Shown here piece by piece: positions 19,005 through 27,172 of a stretch of DNA of 64,000 nt; the stretch's first letter is position 1; every line of letters starts with the position of its first letter. The notes beneath the pieces are model-generated. The model saw only the letters and a program-made list of their open reading frames with translations. It searched no databases and was not told the DNA's origin. The position numbers were made by a program, and so were the translations under genes. Source of the DNA: Mycobacterium kyogaense (GTDB lineage Bacteria; Actinomycetota; Actinomycetes; Mycobacteriales; Mycobacteriaceae); the NCBI RefSeq assembly GCF_036946525.1, contig NZ_JAQIIY010000019.1, positions 45,458 to 109,457 of the forward strand, given 5' to 3'.

Positions 19005-19301
19005 TCAAGCCGAGTCGGTGCCGTCGGTGTGCGGGGTCGGGCTCTGCTCCGACTCCCACTTGGATTCCAGCGACCGCGTCACGCGCGTGCCGGCAGCGAA
19101 CTGCTGCTGGAACGTCTCGCCGTCGCCGTCGTCTTCGAGCGTCACCAGGTAGCCACCGTCGGTGGTGGCGATGTGGACCACCTTGTAGGACCGTGCTCCG
19201 TCACCGCGATCAGCCGTGATGATGTCGCCGGGCGCGACGTCGTCGATGGGATCGTCAGAGGTGGGGTCGGCCGGGGATGACGAAGAATCGGCGTCAGACA
19301 T
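19005..19301 (-). CDS. small acidic hypothetical protein
   Basis: 98-aa ORF with a low-complexity acidic N-terminus followed by an ordered-looking core (SYKVVHIATTDGGYLVTLEDDGDGETFQQQF). Confidence 0.55.
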   Translation of the reverse strand: MSDADSSSSPADPTSDDPIDDVAPGDIITADRGDGARSYKVVHIATTDGGYLVTLEDDGDGETFQQQFAAGTRVTRSLESKWESEQSPTPHTDGTDSA

Positions 19302-19419
19302 GCGTCGACCGTAGCCGACGTCAGCGGGTGGTCAGCTCTCGATCGTTTGACCAGCAAACGTGCGGGTACTGCAGGACTGGCGCTGCTCTCCGCGCGTCAG
19401 CCTGAGAGAGGAAGCCCCT

Positions 19420-20124
19420 ATGTCACGTCATCCCTGGGCCCGTGTCGCCGCAACGTTGATCGCCGGAGCCGCCGCGGTGGCGGCCGGCGGTGCCGCCGCC
19501 CCGACGGCAGCTGCCCAAGGATGTCCGGACGTCGAGGTGGTGTTCGCCCGCGGCACCGGTGAGCAGCCGGGAGTCGGCGGAGTCGGACAGGCCTTCGTGG
19601 ATGCGGTGCGCGCGCAAGCGGCACCCCGGACGGTCGGTGTGTACGCGGTGAACTACGCCGCGTCCAACAACTTCGACGCTCGCACCGAGATCGCCCAGAC
19701 CGTCATCGACGGCATTCGCGACGAGTCCGACCACGTACAGGCGATGGCCGCCAACTGCCCGAACACCAGGATGGTGCTCGGTGGCTACTCGCAGGGCGCT
19801 CTGGTGTCGGGCTTCACGACCTCCGATGTCGTTCCTGCCATGGTGCCTGCGGCGATCGCGCCGCGTCCGATGCCGCCGGAGGTGGCCGATCACGTCGCGG
19901 CCGTCGTGCTGTTCGGCACACCGTCGGCGCCCTTCCTGCAGCGCTACGGCGCTCCGGCCATCACGATCGGGCCGCGCTACGCGGACAAGACCCTGCAGCT
20001 GTGCGCGCAGGGCGACACGATCTGCGACGGCGCCCCCGACGGCGGCCCGACCGTGGCGCACGCCCTGTACCCGGTCAACGGGATGGTCAACGAGGGTGCG
20101 ACATACGCCGTCGGCCGGTTATAG
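19420..20124 (+). CDS. secreted cutinase family protein
   Basis: Signal peptide, CPDVEVVFARGTGE, catalytic GYSQG, C-terminal ...LCAQGDTICDG...H. Confidence 0.9.
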   Translation: MSRHPWARVAATLIAGAAAVAAGGAAAPTAAAQGCPDVEVVFARGTGEQPGVGGVGQAFVDAVRAQAAPRTVGVYAVNYAASNNFDARTEIAQTVIDGIRDESDHVQAMAANCPNTRMVLGGYSQGALVSGFTTSDVVPAMVPAAIAPRPMPPEVADHVAAVVLFGTPSAPFLQRYGAPAITIGPRYADKTLQLCAQGDTICDGAPDGGPTVAHALYPVNGMVNEGATYAVGRL

Positions 20125-20128
20125 GGGC

Positions 20129-20383
20129 TCACGCCCCGGCAGGCACGGGATAGCGGTCGTTGACGTCGGCGTTGGTGTCCTTGCGGGCGCAGTGCGCGCA
20201 GCAGAAGATGCCCTCGTCGGTCTCGATGCCGTGGCCCAGGATCCGGCACCCGCAGTGTCCGCATTCCGGTGCCAGTTGCATCGTGGCGCACTCGACGCTG
20301 TCGAACGTCGCGGACCGGCCGTCCGGCCAGGTCACCGTGAATGCCTTGTCGTAGTCGTTGCCGCACGTCGCGCAGATGGTCAT
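20129..20383 (-). CDS. Cys/His-rich metal-binding protein (metallothionein/zinc-finger-like, internally duplicated)
   Basis: 84 aa from MTICATCGNDYDKAF. Two units: C-x2-C...FDSVECA and C-x-C...IFCCAHCA. GAGAGGG RBS upstream. Confidence 0.6.
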   Translation of the reverse strand: MTICATCGNDYDKAFTVTWPDGRSATFDSVECATMQLAPECGHCGCRILGHGIETDEGIFCCAHCARKDTNADVNDRYPVPAGA

Positions 20384-20549
20384 GAGGGGCCCTCTCAGTC
20401 GGGTGGTTGCTGGTAATCGCAGCAACGCAACGGTTTCCCGCAGCGTGGCGGCACAAACAGGGGTTTGGCCGGTCTGAGAGGGGGCATCAGTCGGGGGCGA
20501 TGCCGCCCGGCATCAACATCGTCATCGCCATCGTCGGCGAGGAGGCCGC

Positions 20550-21236
20550 ATGACCACCGCATACACCGATTTCGGCATCACTCCAGCCGGAGTCTATCCG
20601 CCGCAGGAAGATTCGCAGCTTCTGATCGATGCGATGACGGCAGCCGGGCTCGCCCCCGGTGCGCGGGTGGCCGATCTGTGTACCGGTAGCGGAGTGGTGG
20701 CATTGGCCGCCGCGCAGGCCGGCGCCGCCGAGGTCGCGGCATTCGACATCTCTCCCGCCGCCGTCGCCCATGCCCGCCGCACTGCGCGCGCTGCCGGCGC
20801 GAACATGGTCGTGCACCGCGGGTCCTGGGCACGCGCAACCGAATTCGGGCCCTTCGACGTGGTGCTCGCCAATCCGCCCTACGTGCCGCAGGCGCCCGTC
20901 GACGACTCGAATGACATTCCGATGGCTGCCGGTCCGGCCCAGGCATGGAACGCCGGTGCCGACGGTCGCCTCGTGCTGGACCCGATGTGCGCCGCGGCGC
21001 CGCTGCTGCTCGCCGAGGGCGGCACGATGCTCATCGTGCACTCGGAATGCTCGAATGCCGAGCGCACTGTCCACGCGCTACGAAGCCACGGTATGACAGC
21101 GGATATCGTTGCCCAACAGATGATTCCGTTCGGACCGGTGATGACGGCACGGGCCGACTGGTTGAAGAGCGCGGGTCTGCTGCCGCAGGGGTGTGAGATG
21201 GAACGCATCCTGGTCATCCGCGCGGACGCGCCATGA
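20550..21236 (+). CDS. class I SAM-dependent methyltransferase with NPPY motif (HemK/Mtq2-like)
   Basis: DLCTGSGVVAL (motif I) and VLANPPYVP (motif IV). 228 aa. Confidence 0.8.
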   Translation: MTTAYTDFGITPAGVYPPQEDSQLLIDAMTAAGLAPGARVADLCTGSGVVALAAAQAGAAEVAAFDISPAAVAHARRTARAAGANMVVHRGSWARATEFGPFDVVLANPPYVPQAPVDDSNDIPMAAGPAQAWNAGADGRLVLDPMCAAAPLLLAEGGTMLIVHSECSNAERTVHALRSHGMTADIVAQQMIPFGPVMTARADWLKSAGLLPQGCEMERILVIRADAP

Positions 21237-21463
21237 ACGAGCACGCCCCACGTACCGTCCGGGTCGTGCCCGGCGGTCCGGTGATGGTGGAAGGACCTGT
21301 GCGCGTGGAACTTCCGGACGGCTCAGTGGCGGAATCGGACAGATTCATGGTGGCCATCTGCGCGTGCCGGCGCTCGAAGACCTATCCGCTGTGCGACACC
21401 AGCCACCGCCGCCGGCAACGCCCGGCGGCGGATGCCGAGTCAGTCCAGAGCGCGGCGGAGTGA
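21233..21463 (+). CDS. CDGSH-type iron-sulfur domain protein
   Basis: CACRRSKTYPLCDTSH matches C-x-C-x2-S-x3-P-x-C-D-x-S-H. ATGA overlap with the methyltransferase stop. Confidence 0.8.
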   Translation: MNEHAPRTVRVVPGGPVMVEGPVRVELPDGSVAESDRFMVAICACRRSKTYPLCDTSHRRRQRPAADAESVQSAAE

Positions 21464-22453
21464 GCTGCGTCCCGCGTCCCAGCTCTGCATGAGGTGATCG
21501 GCCAGTCGGCCCTCCACGAGGTCGAACGCCCGGATACCGAACACCACGTCGGTGTCCAGCTCGGGCTCACGAGCCACCAAGTCGCCCACCACGTCGGTAC
21601 GGACGACCTGCTCGTGCACCGCGTCGGCTTCGACGTGCTCGCGGTAGAAGGCCGCGCATTCGTCGGGCGCGCCCATCCGCTCCAGCGCCGCCACCATGCG
21701 CTTCGACCCGGGGGGAGAGGTCACCTCGGTCGCCGCGAAATGGCCGACTGCTGCGCCGCGCCACCGACGGTGCAAACCGAACAGCGACATCAGGTTCACC
21801 ACGGCCAGCGAATGCGCGGGAACGTCGGCAAGGTAGCCGAGATAGGTGGTGTCCAGTCCGGCCGCCGCCATCAGGTCAGCGAACAGCTGCTGGTGCAGCC
21901 TCGCGCCCTTGCCTGCGCCAAACTCGTCGAACTCGACGGCGACGAACGACGCTTTGGCCTGTCCCGTCAGACGCGGTATGGCCCACGCGTGCGGATCGCC
22001 TTCTTTGAGGTGGTACAGCGAGCGGTGGGCGAAGTATTCGCGCATCTGGTCCCACGTGCCGCTGTCGCGCAGATAGTACGACGGGCCGGTGCCACCGACG
22101 GGCTCCAGACAGAGTGCGTCCAGCTCGTCGAGCGCACTGGTGTCGGGGTCGATCTCGCCGACTCCGCGCCTGACGTCATCGAGAAAGAGATCTTCCAGGC
22201 GGCCGCGCAGGTAGAGCAGTCCGGGGTTCCATTCCCAGCCGGCGTCCACTCCCGCGAAGCCGCGGTAGTGGAGTTCGTAGCAGAGATACAGCGCCAGGTG
22301 CAGATCGATGCCCGCGGGATCGGCGTCGGCGAGCGAGGTTTCGACTTTGGTGAGGTAGCGCAGCGGTGCCCGCTCGGCCAGCAGCTCGACCACGGACAGC
22401 GAGATCGGCCCGCGGGGTTCGGGAAGCAGGGGTTGAACCATCGTCGGCATCAC
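21440..22453 (-). CDS. iron-containing redox enzyme family protein (heme-oxygenase-like fold)
   Basis: 337-aa helical protein with ...DLHLALYLCYELHYRGF... and later E/H-rich helices. Family assignment is from memory of similar annotations. Confidence 0.6.
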   Translation of the reverse strand: MMPTMVQPLLPEPRGPISLSVVELLAERAPLRYLTKVETSLADADPAGIDLHLALYLCYELHYRGFAGVDAGWEWNPGLLYLRGRLEDLFLDDVRRGVGEIDPDTSALDELDALCLEPVGGTGPSYYLRDSGTWDQMREYFAHRSLYHLKEGDPHAWAIPRLTGQAKASFVAVEFDEFGAGKGARLHQQLFADLMAAAGLDTTYLGYLADVPAHSLAVVNLMSLFGLHRRWRGAAVGHFAATEVTSPPGSKRMVAALERMGAPDECAAFYREHVEADAVHEQVVRTDVVGDLVAREPELDTDVVFGIRAFDLVEGRLADHLMQSWDAGRSSLRRALD

Positions 22454-22660
22454 GGCTGCGACATACCCCGCCGAGATCGCGCCAAACGGGCGGCGCCGGT
22501 ACCCACTCAGGGGGCTTGATCACACATGGATGCTGCCTTTTTCACATTTTCCCGTTCTGTGCTGTCAGGCCCCCCGGTAGGTGGGTAGCCGGTCGGCAGG
22601 CGCACATCAGTGCCACTGACCGAAGCAGGAAGCAAACTCCCGAAGGGGTGAGTACGACAC

Positions 22661-23653
22661 ATGGCCACCACGGCTACCACCGAGTCCGTCACCATCGAAG
22701 CCACCACAGCCACGCTGATCGCTCAGCTGCGCACCATTCTCGACCTGACCCACACCGAGATCCAGGTCGCCGAGACCCGAATTGCCCAGGCGCGCACGGA
22801 CGCCGTCCGCACGGAGCTGACGCAGAACGCCGAGAACGGGCGTGCGCGCGCCGAGCAGATCGAGGCGGCGATCCGCGACCTCGGCGGGTTCCCCGACGTC
22901 ATCGGGCCGTTCCTGGGACGGGCCGCGGCCGCGGTGAAGGCACTCACCGAGCAGGCCGAACCGTTCGACGAGGCGCTCTTGGGTGACCTCGCCCTGGAAG
23001 ACCAGCTGCTGGATCGTTCGCGCTACGTCAAGGCCCTCGCTGTCGCCGCCAAGCACAAGGACGTACAGGACCTCGCCGACCGTCTCATCACGGCGCACTC
23101 GGCGACCGTCGATTGGCTGACCACCGTGCTCGCCGAGGACGCGCTCGGCGGCCCGGCGGCCCTGCGCCGCACTCCGCTGCAGGCTGCCGCGGGTCTGACC
23201 GTGAAGCTGTTGAACCTCCCGTTCACGTGGTCGGTGGAGCGCGCGGAGCGGGCCGTCGAAGCGGTGCGTTCGGTGCGGCCGGCTGTCGGCGACCTCGTCG
23301 ACCGCGGCGCCCGCAGCACTGAGATCGCGGCGAAGGCGCTCGCCGGTGCGCGCAACTCGGCTCTGGAAGCCGCCGAGCGTATCACCCGTGAGCAGGGTGC
23401 CGACGACGTCGCCGACGTCATCCACGCGGCACGCGGGGCCGCCGGCGTGCTGGAGGCCGACGAGCTGCCGATCGCCGAGTACGACGATCTGAACCAGGCC
23501 GACGCGATCGCCGCGGTGAAGGAGCTCTCCGAGGCCTCCGACATTCGCGTGATCGTGGCTTACGAGGAGGCGCACAAGAACCGCCAGCGCGTGGTCTCCG
23601 CGGCGCAGACCCGGTTGGCCGCCATTGCCCAGGACGTGGTCGGCATCAGCTGA
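22661..23653 (+). CDS. ferritin-like (DUF892/YciE-like) domain protein with a C-terminal helical extension
   Basis: 330-aa all-helical protein with a good RBS (GAAGGGG) and clean GC3 usage. Confidence 0.6.
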   Translation: MATTATTESVTIEATTATLIAQLRTILDLTHTEIQVAETRIAQARTDAVRTELTQNAENGRARAEQIEAAIRDLGGFPDVIGPFLGRAAAAVKALTEQAEPFDEALLGDLALEDQLLDRSRYVKALAVAAKHKDVQDLADRLITAHSATVDWLTTVLAEDALGGPAALRRTPLQAAAGLTVKLLNLPFTWSVERAERAVEAVRSVRPAVGDLVDRGARSTEIAAKALAGARNSALEAAERITREQGADDVADVIHAARGAAGVLEADELPIAEYDDLNQADAIAAVKELSEASDIRVIVAYEEAHKNRQRVVSAAQTRLAAIAQDVVGIS

Positions 23654-23669
23654 CGCTGCACGGCTCGAA

Positions 23670-23706
23670 CCACCGGCGCGGGCCCTTCGGGGTTCCGCGC
23701 CGGTGG
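23670..23706 (+). terminator. stem-loop terminator candidate (12-bp stem CCACCGGCGCGG/CCGCGCCGGTGG)
   Basis: Lies 17 nt after the stop of the 22661..23653 gene. No U-tract (I-shaped type common in mycobacteria). Confidence 0.5.
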
Positions 23707-23817
23707 CGTCTGACCGGCGGCGGAAGGGTTTCTGACAGAGGCTGCCTTGACGGAGCCTGCACGTCTCGTTAGAGAATTATTTGTGAGTTTCCGACGGGTC
23801 GAGGGGAATCGGACGAG

Positions 23818-25056
23818 ATGACAGCCACAGCTGACCGGCCGGCGGTCGTGGTGACAGCGCTGGCAGCGACGACGGCTCTGGCCGCTGACGTCGAGGAATC
23901 GTGGGCCGCGCTTCTCAACGGCAAGAGCGGCATCGGGCCCATCGACGACCGCCTTCCCGGTGATCTTCCGGTGCCCGTGACCATCGGCGGACTGGTCCGG
24001 GAGGACTTCGATTCGCAGCTCAGCCGGGTGGAAGTCCGCCGCCTGTCCTACATGCAGAAGATGGCGCTTGTGCTGAACCGGCGGTTGTGGGCGGCCGCGG
24101 GCACACCTGACGTCGATACCCGCCGCCTGTTGGTGTCGGTGAGCCACGCCTTCGGCTCCACGCAGGATCTATGGACCGCGTGGGAGGCGTTCAAGGAGCG
24201 CGGTATGCGCGCGGTCTCGCCGCTGGCAGTGCAGATGCACATGCCAAACGCCCCAGCGGCCGCCGTCGGGTTGGACAGGCAGGCCAAGGCCGGTGTCATC
24301 GCGCCGACCAGCGGCGACGCCTCAGGCTCGGCGGCGATCGCCGAGGCGTGGCGCCTGATCACGCTCGGCGAGGCCGACGTCGCGATCTGTGGCGGCGTCG
24401 AGTCGCAGATCGAGCCGGTGCCGATCGCCGCGTTCGACAACCTGGGATTGCTGTCCCATCACAACGACGACCCGGTCGGCGCATGCCGCCCGTTCGACAA
24501 GAATCGCGACGGCATGGTGTTCGGCGAGGGCGGCGCACTGCTGCTGCTCGAAACCGAGGAGCACGCCAGGGCGCGCGGCGCGACCATCCTCGGCCGGCTG
24601 CTCGGCGCGGGCACCACGTCGGACACCGTCGACCTGATCGAGCCCGACCCCGACGGGCAGCTGGCCGCCGCGGCATTGAGCCGGGCGCTGCAGCTCGCCG
24701 CAGTGGAGCCCAGCGACGTCGACGCGGTGATCGCCCATGCAGCGGGTACGCGAGTCGGTGATCTCGCCGAGGCCCGCGCGCTGCAGACCGTGCTGGGGAC
24801 TCACCGGCCCGCCGTGACCGCACCGAAGGCCGCTCTCGGGCACTCCATGGGCGCCTCGGGCGCCGTGGCCGCCGCGCTGACCGTTCAGTCGCTGCGTGAC
24901 GGCGTGCTGGCGCCGACGCTCAACTACGACACCCCTGACCCCGACATCGACGTGGATCTGGTGGTCGGCGAACGCCGCTCAGGCGACTACCGCCACGCGA
25001 TCTCGAACACGCTCGGGTTCGGCGGGCACAACGTGGCACTGGTCTTCGGGCGGTAG
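23818..25056 (+). CDS. KasA/KasB-like beta-ketoacyl-ACP synthase paralog with active-site Cys replaced by Asp
   Basis: Collinear with KasA as I remember it (…SPLAVQM.MPN…, FGFGGHNVAL). KasA ACSSGSEAIAHAW is here GDASGSAAIAEAW (D167, GAC at 24316-24318). Both catalytic His are retained (AHAAGT, GHSMGA). Confidence 0.85.
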   Translation: MTATADRPAVVVTALAATTALAADVEESWAALLNGKSGIGPIDDRLPGDLPVPVTIGGLVREDFDSQLSRVEVRRLSYMQKMALVLNRRLWAAAGTPDVDTRRLLVSVSHAFGSTQDLWTAWEAFKERGMRAVSPLAVQMHMPNAPAAAVGLDRQAKAGVIAPTSGDASGSAAIAEAWRLITLGEADVAICGGVESQIEPVPIAAFDNLGLLSHHNDDPVGACRPFDKNRDGMVFGEGGALLLLETEEHARARGATILGRLLGAGTTSDTVDLIEPDPDGQLAAAALSRALQLAAVEPSDVDAVIAHAAGTRVGDLAEARALQTVLGTHRPAVTAPKAALGHSMGASGAVAAALTVQSLRDGVLAPTLNYDTPDPDIDVDLVVGERRSGDYRHAISNTLGFGGHNVALVFGR

Positions 25057-25077
25057 CCCCGGCGCTAACCTCGAGCG

Positions 25078-25794
25078 GTGACCCTGGTCTACGACGACAC
25101 GCTGCGAGACCGCATCAGGGACAACCTGGCCGCGCACCACCGTCGCACCGTCTCCGATCCCGAGAAGCGCCGCGCGGCGGTTGCCGTGGTTCTGGTCGAC
25201 TCCGAGGTCGGGGAGGACCGTGTCGATCCCGCTCCCGTCGACGACTGGATCGCCGGCAGACCGATGCCCGAGAACCTGGACGGCCGCATGGTGGACGTGT
25301 CCGGTGGCGCGTCATTCCTGTTGTGTCGCAGAACATCTCGACTCTCGACGCATGCCGCCCAGTGGGCGCTGCCCGGCGGCCGGCTGGATCCGGGAGAAGG
25401 CGCCGTCGACGCGGCGTTGCGTGAACTCGACGAGGAGGTCGGCGTGGCGCTGCCCGAGGCGGCCGTGCTCGGACTGCTCGACGACTATCCGACCCGCTCG
25501 GGGTATGTCATCACCCCGGTGGTGGTCTGGGGCGGGGGCAGGCTTGATCTGCAGCCGGCGCCCGACGAGGTGGTCGCGGTCTATCGCGTCGGACTGCACC
25601 AGCTGTTGCGGGACGACTCACCCCGGTTCATCACGATCCCGGAGAGCGCGCGGCCGGTGGTGCAGATCCCGTTGGGCAACGACCTGATCCATGCGCCGAC
25701 CGGGGCGGTGCTGCTGCAGTTGCGGTGGCTGGGGCTGGAGGGGCGAGACGACCCGGTCGACCAGCTCGAGCAGCCGGTGTTCGCCTGGCGGTGA
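25078..25794 (+). CDS. Nudix hydrolase, CoA pyrophosphatase-like
   Basis: Nudix box GGRLDPGEGAVDAALRELDEEVGV preceded by the CoA-type motif LLCRRTSRLSTHAAQWALPGG. GTG start. Confidence 0.8.
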   Translation: MTLVYDDTLRDRIRDNLAAHHRRTVSDPEKRRAAVAVVLVDSEVGEDRVDPAPVDDWIAGRPMPENLDGRMVDVSGGASFLLCRRTSRLSTHAAQWALPGGRLDPGEGAVDAALRELDEEVGVALPEAAVLGLLDDYPTRSGYVITPVVVWGGGRLDLQPAPDEVVAVYRVGLHQLLRDDSPRFITIPESARPVVQIPLGNDLIHAPTGAVLLQLRWLGLEGRDDPVDQLEQPVFAWR

Positions 25795-25842
25795 CTGCAT
25801 TCCGGTGTTTCTGCCTGCAGCGGGCCGGGTAGCCGGATCTCG

Positions 25843-26295
25843 ATGGCCACGACACACCTACCCGGCAGGCACCGCCTCTCGCCGGCCCACGCCGGTCCGC
25901 GGTGGGGCTTGGCGTCGCTGATGGTGGCCGCGGGTATGGCGGGTTGGTTGCTCGCCGTGGCCGGACCCGATGGTCCGCGGACGATGACGATGTCTGCACC
26001 CTCGGTGCCACAGCCTGTTGCGATCGCTGCCCAGGACATTCAGCGCACCGGTTGGGTCACCGCGGTGTCAGAGACATCGCTGACCACCGCCGATGCCGCA
26101 GGGCGGACCATGACGTTCGCCATCACCCCCGACACCACGAAGGTCCATCGGCCGGGCGCGACGGCTTTTGCCCCGTCCGAGCACGTCGCCGTGGTCGCCG
26201 TCGTCCGCGACGGCGTGCCGGTGGCCACCGCGATCGTCGACAGAGGTGCCACGGAAGGGGCCGGCCAACCGATGGACTATGGGTTGCCGCACTGA
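25843..26295 (+). CDS. hypothetical membrane-anchored protein
   Basis: 150-aa ORF with one TM (LASLMVAAGMAGWLLAVAG) then a beta-rich region. Start uncertain. Confidence 0.5.
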   Translation: MATTHLPGRHRLSPAHAGPRWGLASLMVAAGMAGWLLAVAGPDGPRTMTMSAPSVPQPVAIAAQDIQRTGWVTAVSETSLTTADAAGRTMTFAITPDTTKVHRPGATAFAPSEHVAVVAVVRDGVPVATAIVDRGATEGAGQPMDYGLPH

Positions 26296-26374
26296 CGACC
26301 TTGCGAAGTTCACACCCCTGTTGTTAGCTTTGTGACGTTCAGTGTGAGGTTTGGGCGTGCAAGGAGGCGCGGCG

Positions 26375-27172
26375 ATGTCGAGTCCGCCTGTGCGCGCCAT
26401 CGGCAACACGTCTCGGCGCGCCGAAATCGCGCAGTTCGTCCGAGCCAAGGGTGCTGTCCGAATCGATGACCTGGCGCACCAATTCGGCGTCAGCACTATG
26501 ACCATCCACCGCGATCTCGACCATCTTCACCAGGCGGGCATGGTGCGCAAGGTGCGCTCCGGAGCCGAGGCGCCTCCCAGCGAGGCGTTCGAACGCAACA
26601 TCGAGCTGCGCCGCATGCTCAATCTCGCGGAGAAGCAGGCCGTCGCCCGAGCCGGCGTCGCGTGGGCCGCCGACCGCATCGACATGACCGCCGTGGCCCT
26701 CGACGACAGCACCACCGCTTTGCACGTGGTGCCGCTGCTCACGTCGCGCCTGCCACTGACCGTGATCACCAACTTCCTGCCCGCGATCAACGATCTCTCG
26801 GCGGAGCCACGGGTACGCCTGACCGCGATCGGCGGCGACTTCGTCCCCGAGTTCTCCTCGTTCCTCGGCCCGCAAGCCACCGGCGCGCTGAACGACGTGC
26901 ACTGCGACGTCCTGTTCATGTCGGTGCCGGCGCTCTCCCGCGGAAAATGCTTCCATCCCTCCAGTGCCGCAGCGCAACTCAAGCGCGCCTTCATGGACAG
27001 TGCCGAGCTGCGCGTGCTGCTGATCGATCACTCCAAGTTCGCGCGCCGGGCGATCCACCGGATCTGCGATCTGGCGGACTTCGACGTCGTCGTCGTCGAC
27101 GCCGGCATCGATCCCGACGAGCGTCGCCGCCTCGACGACGCCGGCGTGAACGTCCTGGTGGCCGAGTCGTGA
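26375..27172 (+). CDS. DeoR family transcriptional regulator
   Basis: HTH RIDDLAHQFGVSTMTIHRDLDHL plus a DeoR C-terminal sensor domain. AAGGAGG RBS 7 nt upstream of ATG 26375. Confidence 0.9.
   Translation: MSSPPVRAIGNTSRRAEIAQFVRAKGAVRIDDLAHQFGVSTMTIHRDLDHLHQAGMVRKVRSGAEAPPSEAFERNIELRRMLNLAEKQAVARAGVAWAADRIDMTAVALDDSTTALHVVPLLTSRLPLTVITNFLPAINDLSAEPRVRLTAIGGDFVPEFSSFLGPQATGALNDVHCDVLFMSVPALSRGKCFHPSSAAAQLKRAFMDSAELRVLLIDHSKFARRAIHRICDLADFDVVVVDAGIDPDERRRLDDAGVNVLVAES

Noticed and set aside
22540-22660. Possible SigF/SigB-type promoter (CGTTCT ... GGGTAG) and a 13-bp palindrome TCAGTGCCACTGA upstream of the ferritin-like gene
   Set aside because: The GGGTA-like -10 element has no GTTT -35 element at the expected 15-17 nt spacing; the nearest GTTC is ~25 nt away. 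The palindrome is short and unsupported. Not reported as a feature.
23747-23792. TTGACG ... GAGAAT promoter-like hexamers in the AT-richer patch upstream of the KasA-like gene
   Set aside because: The spacer is about 19 nt, which is long, and the -10 is only a partial match. This is too weak to call without TSS data.
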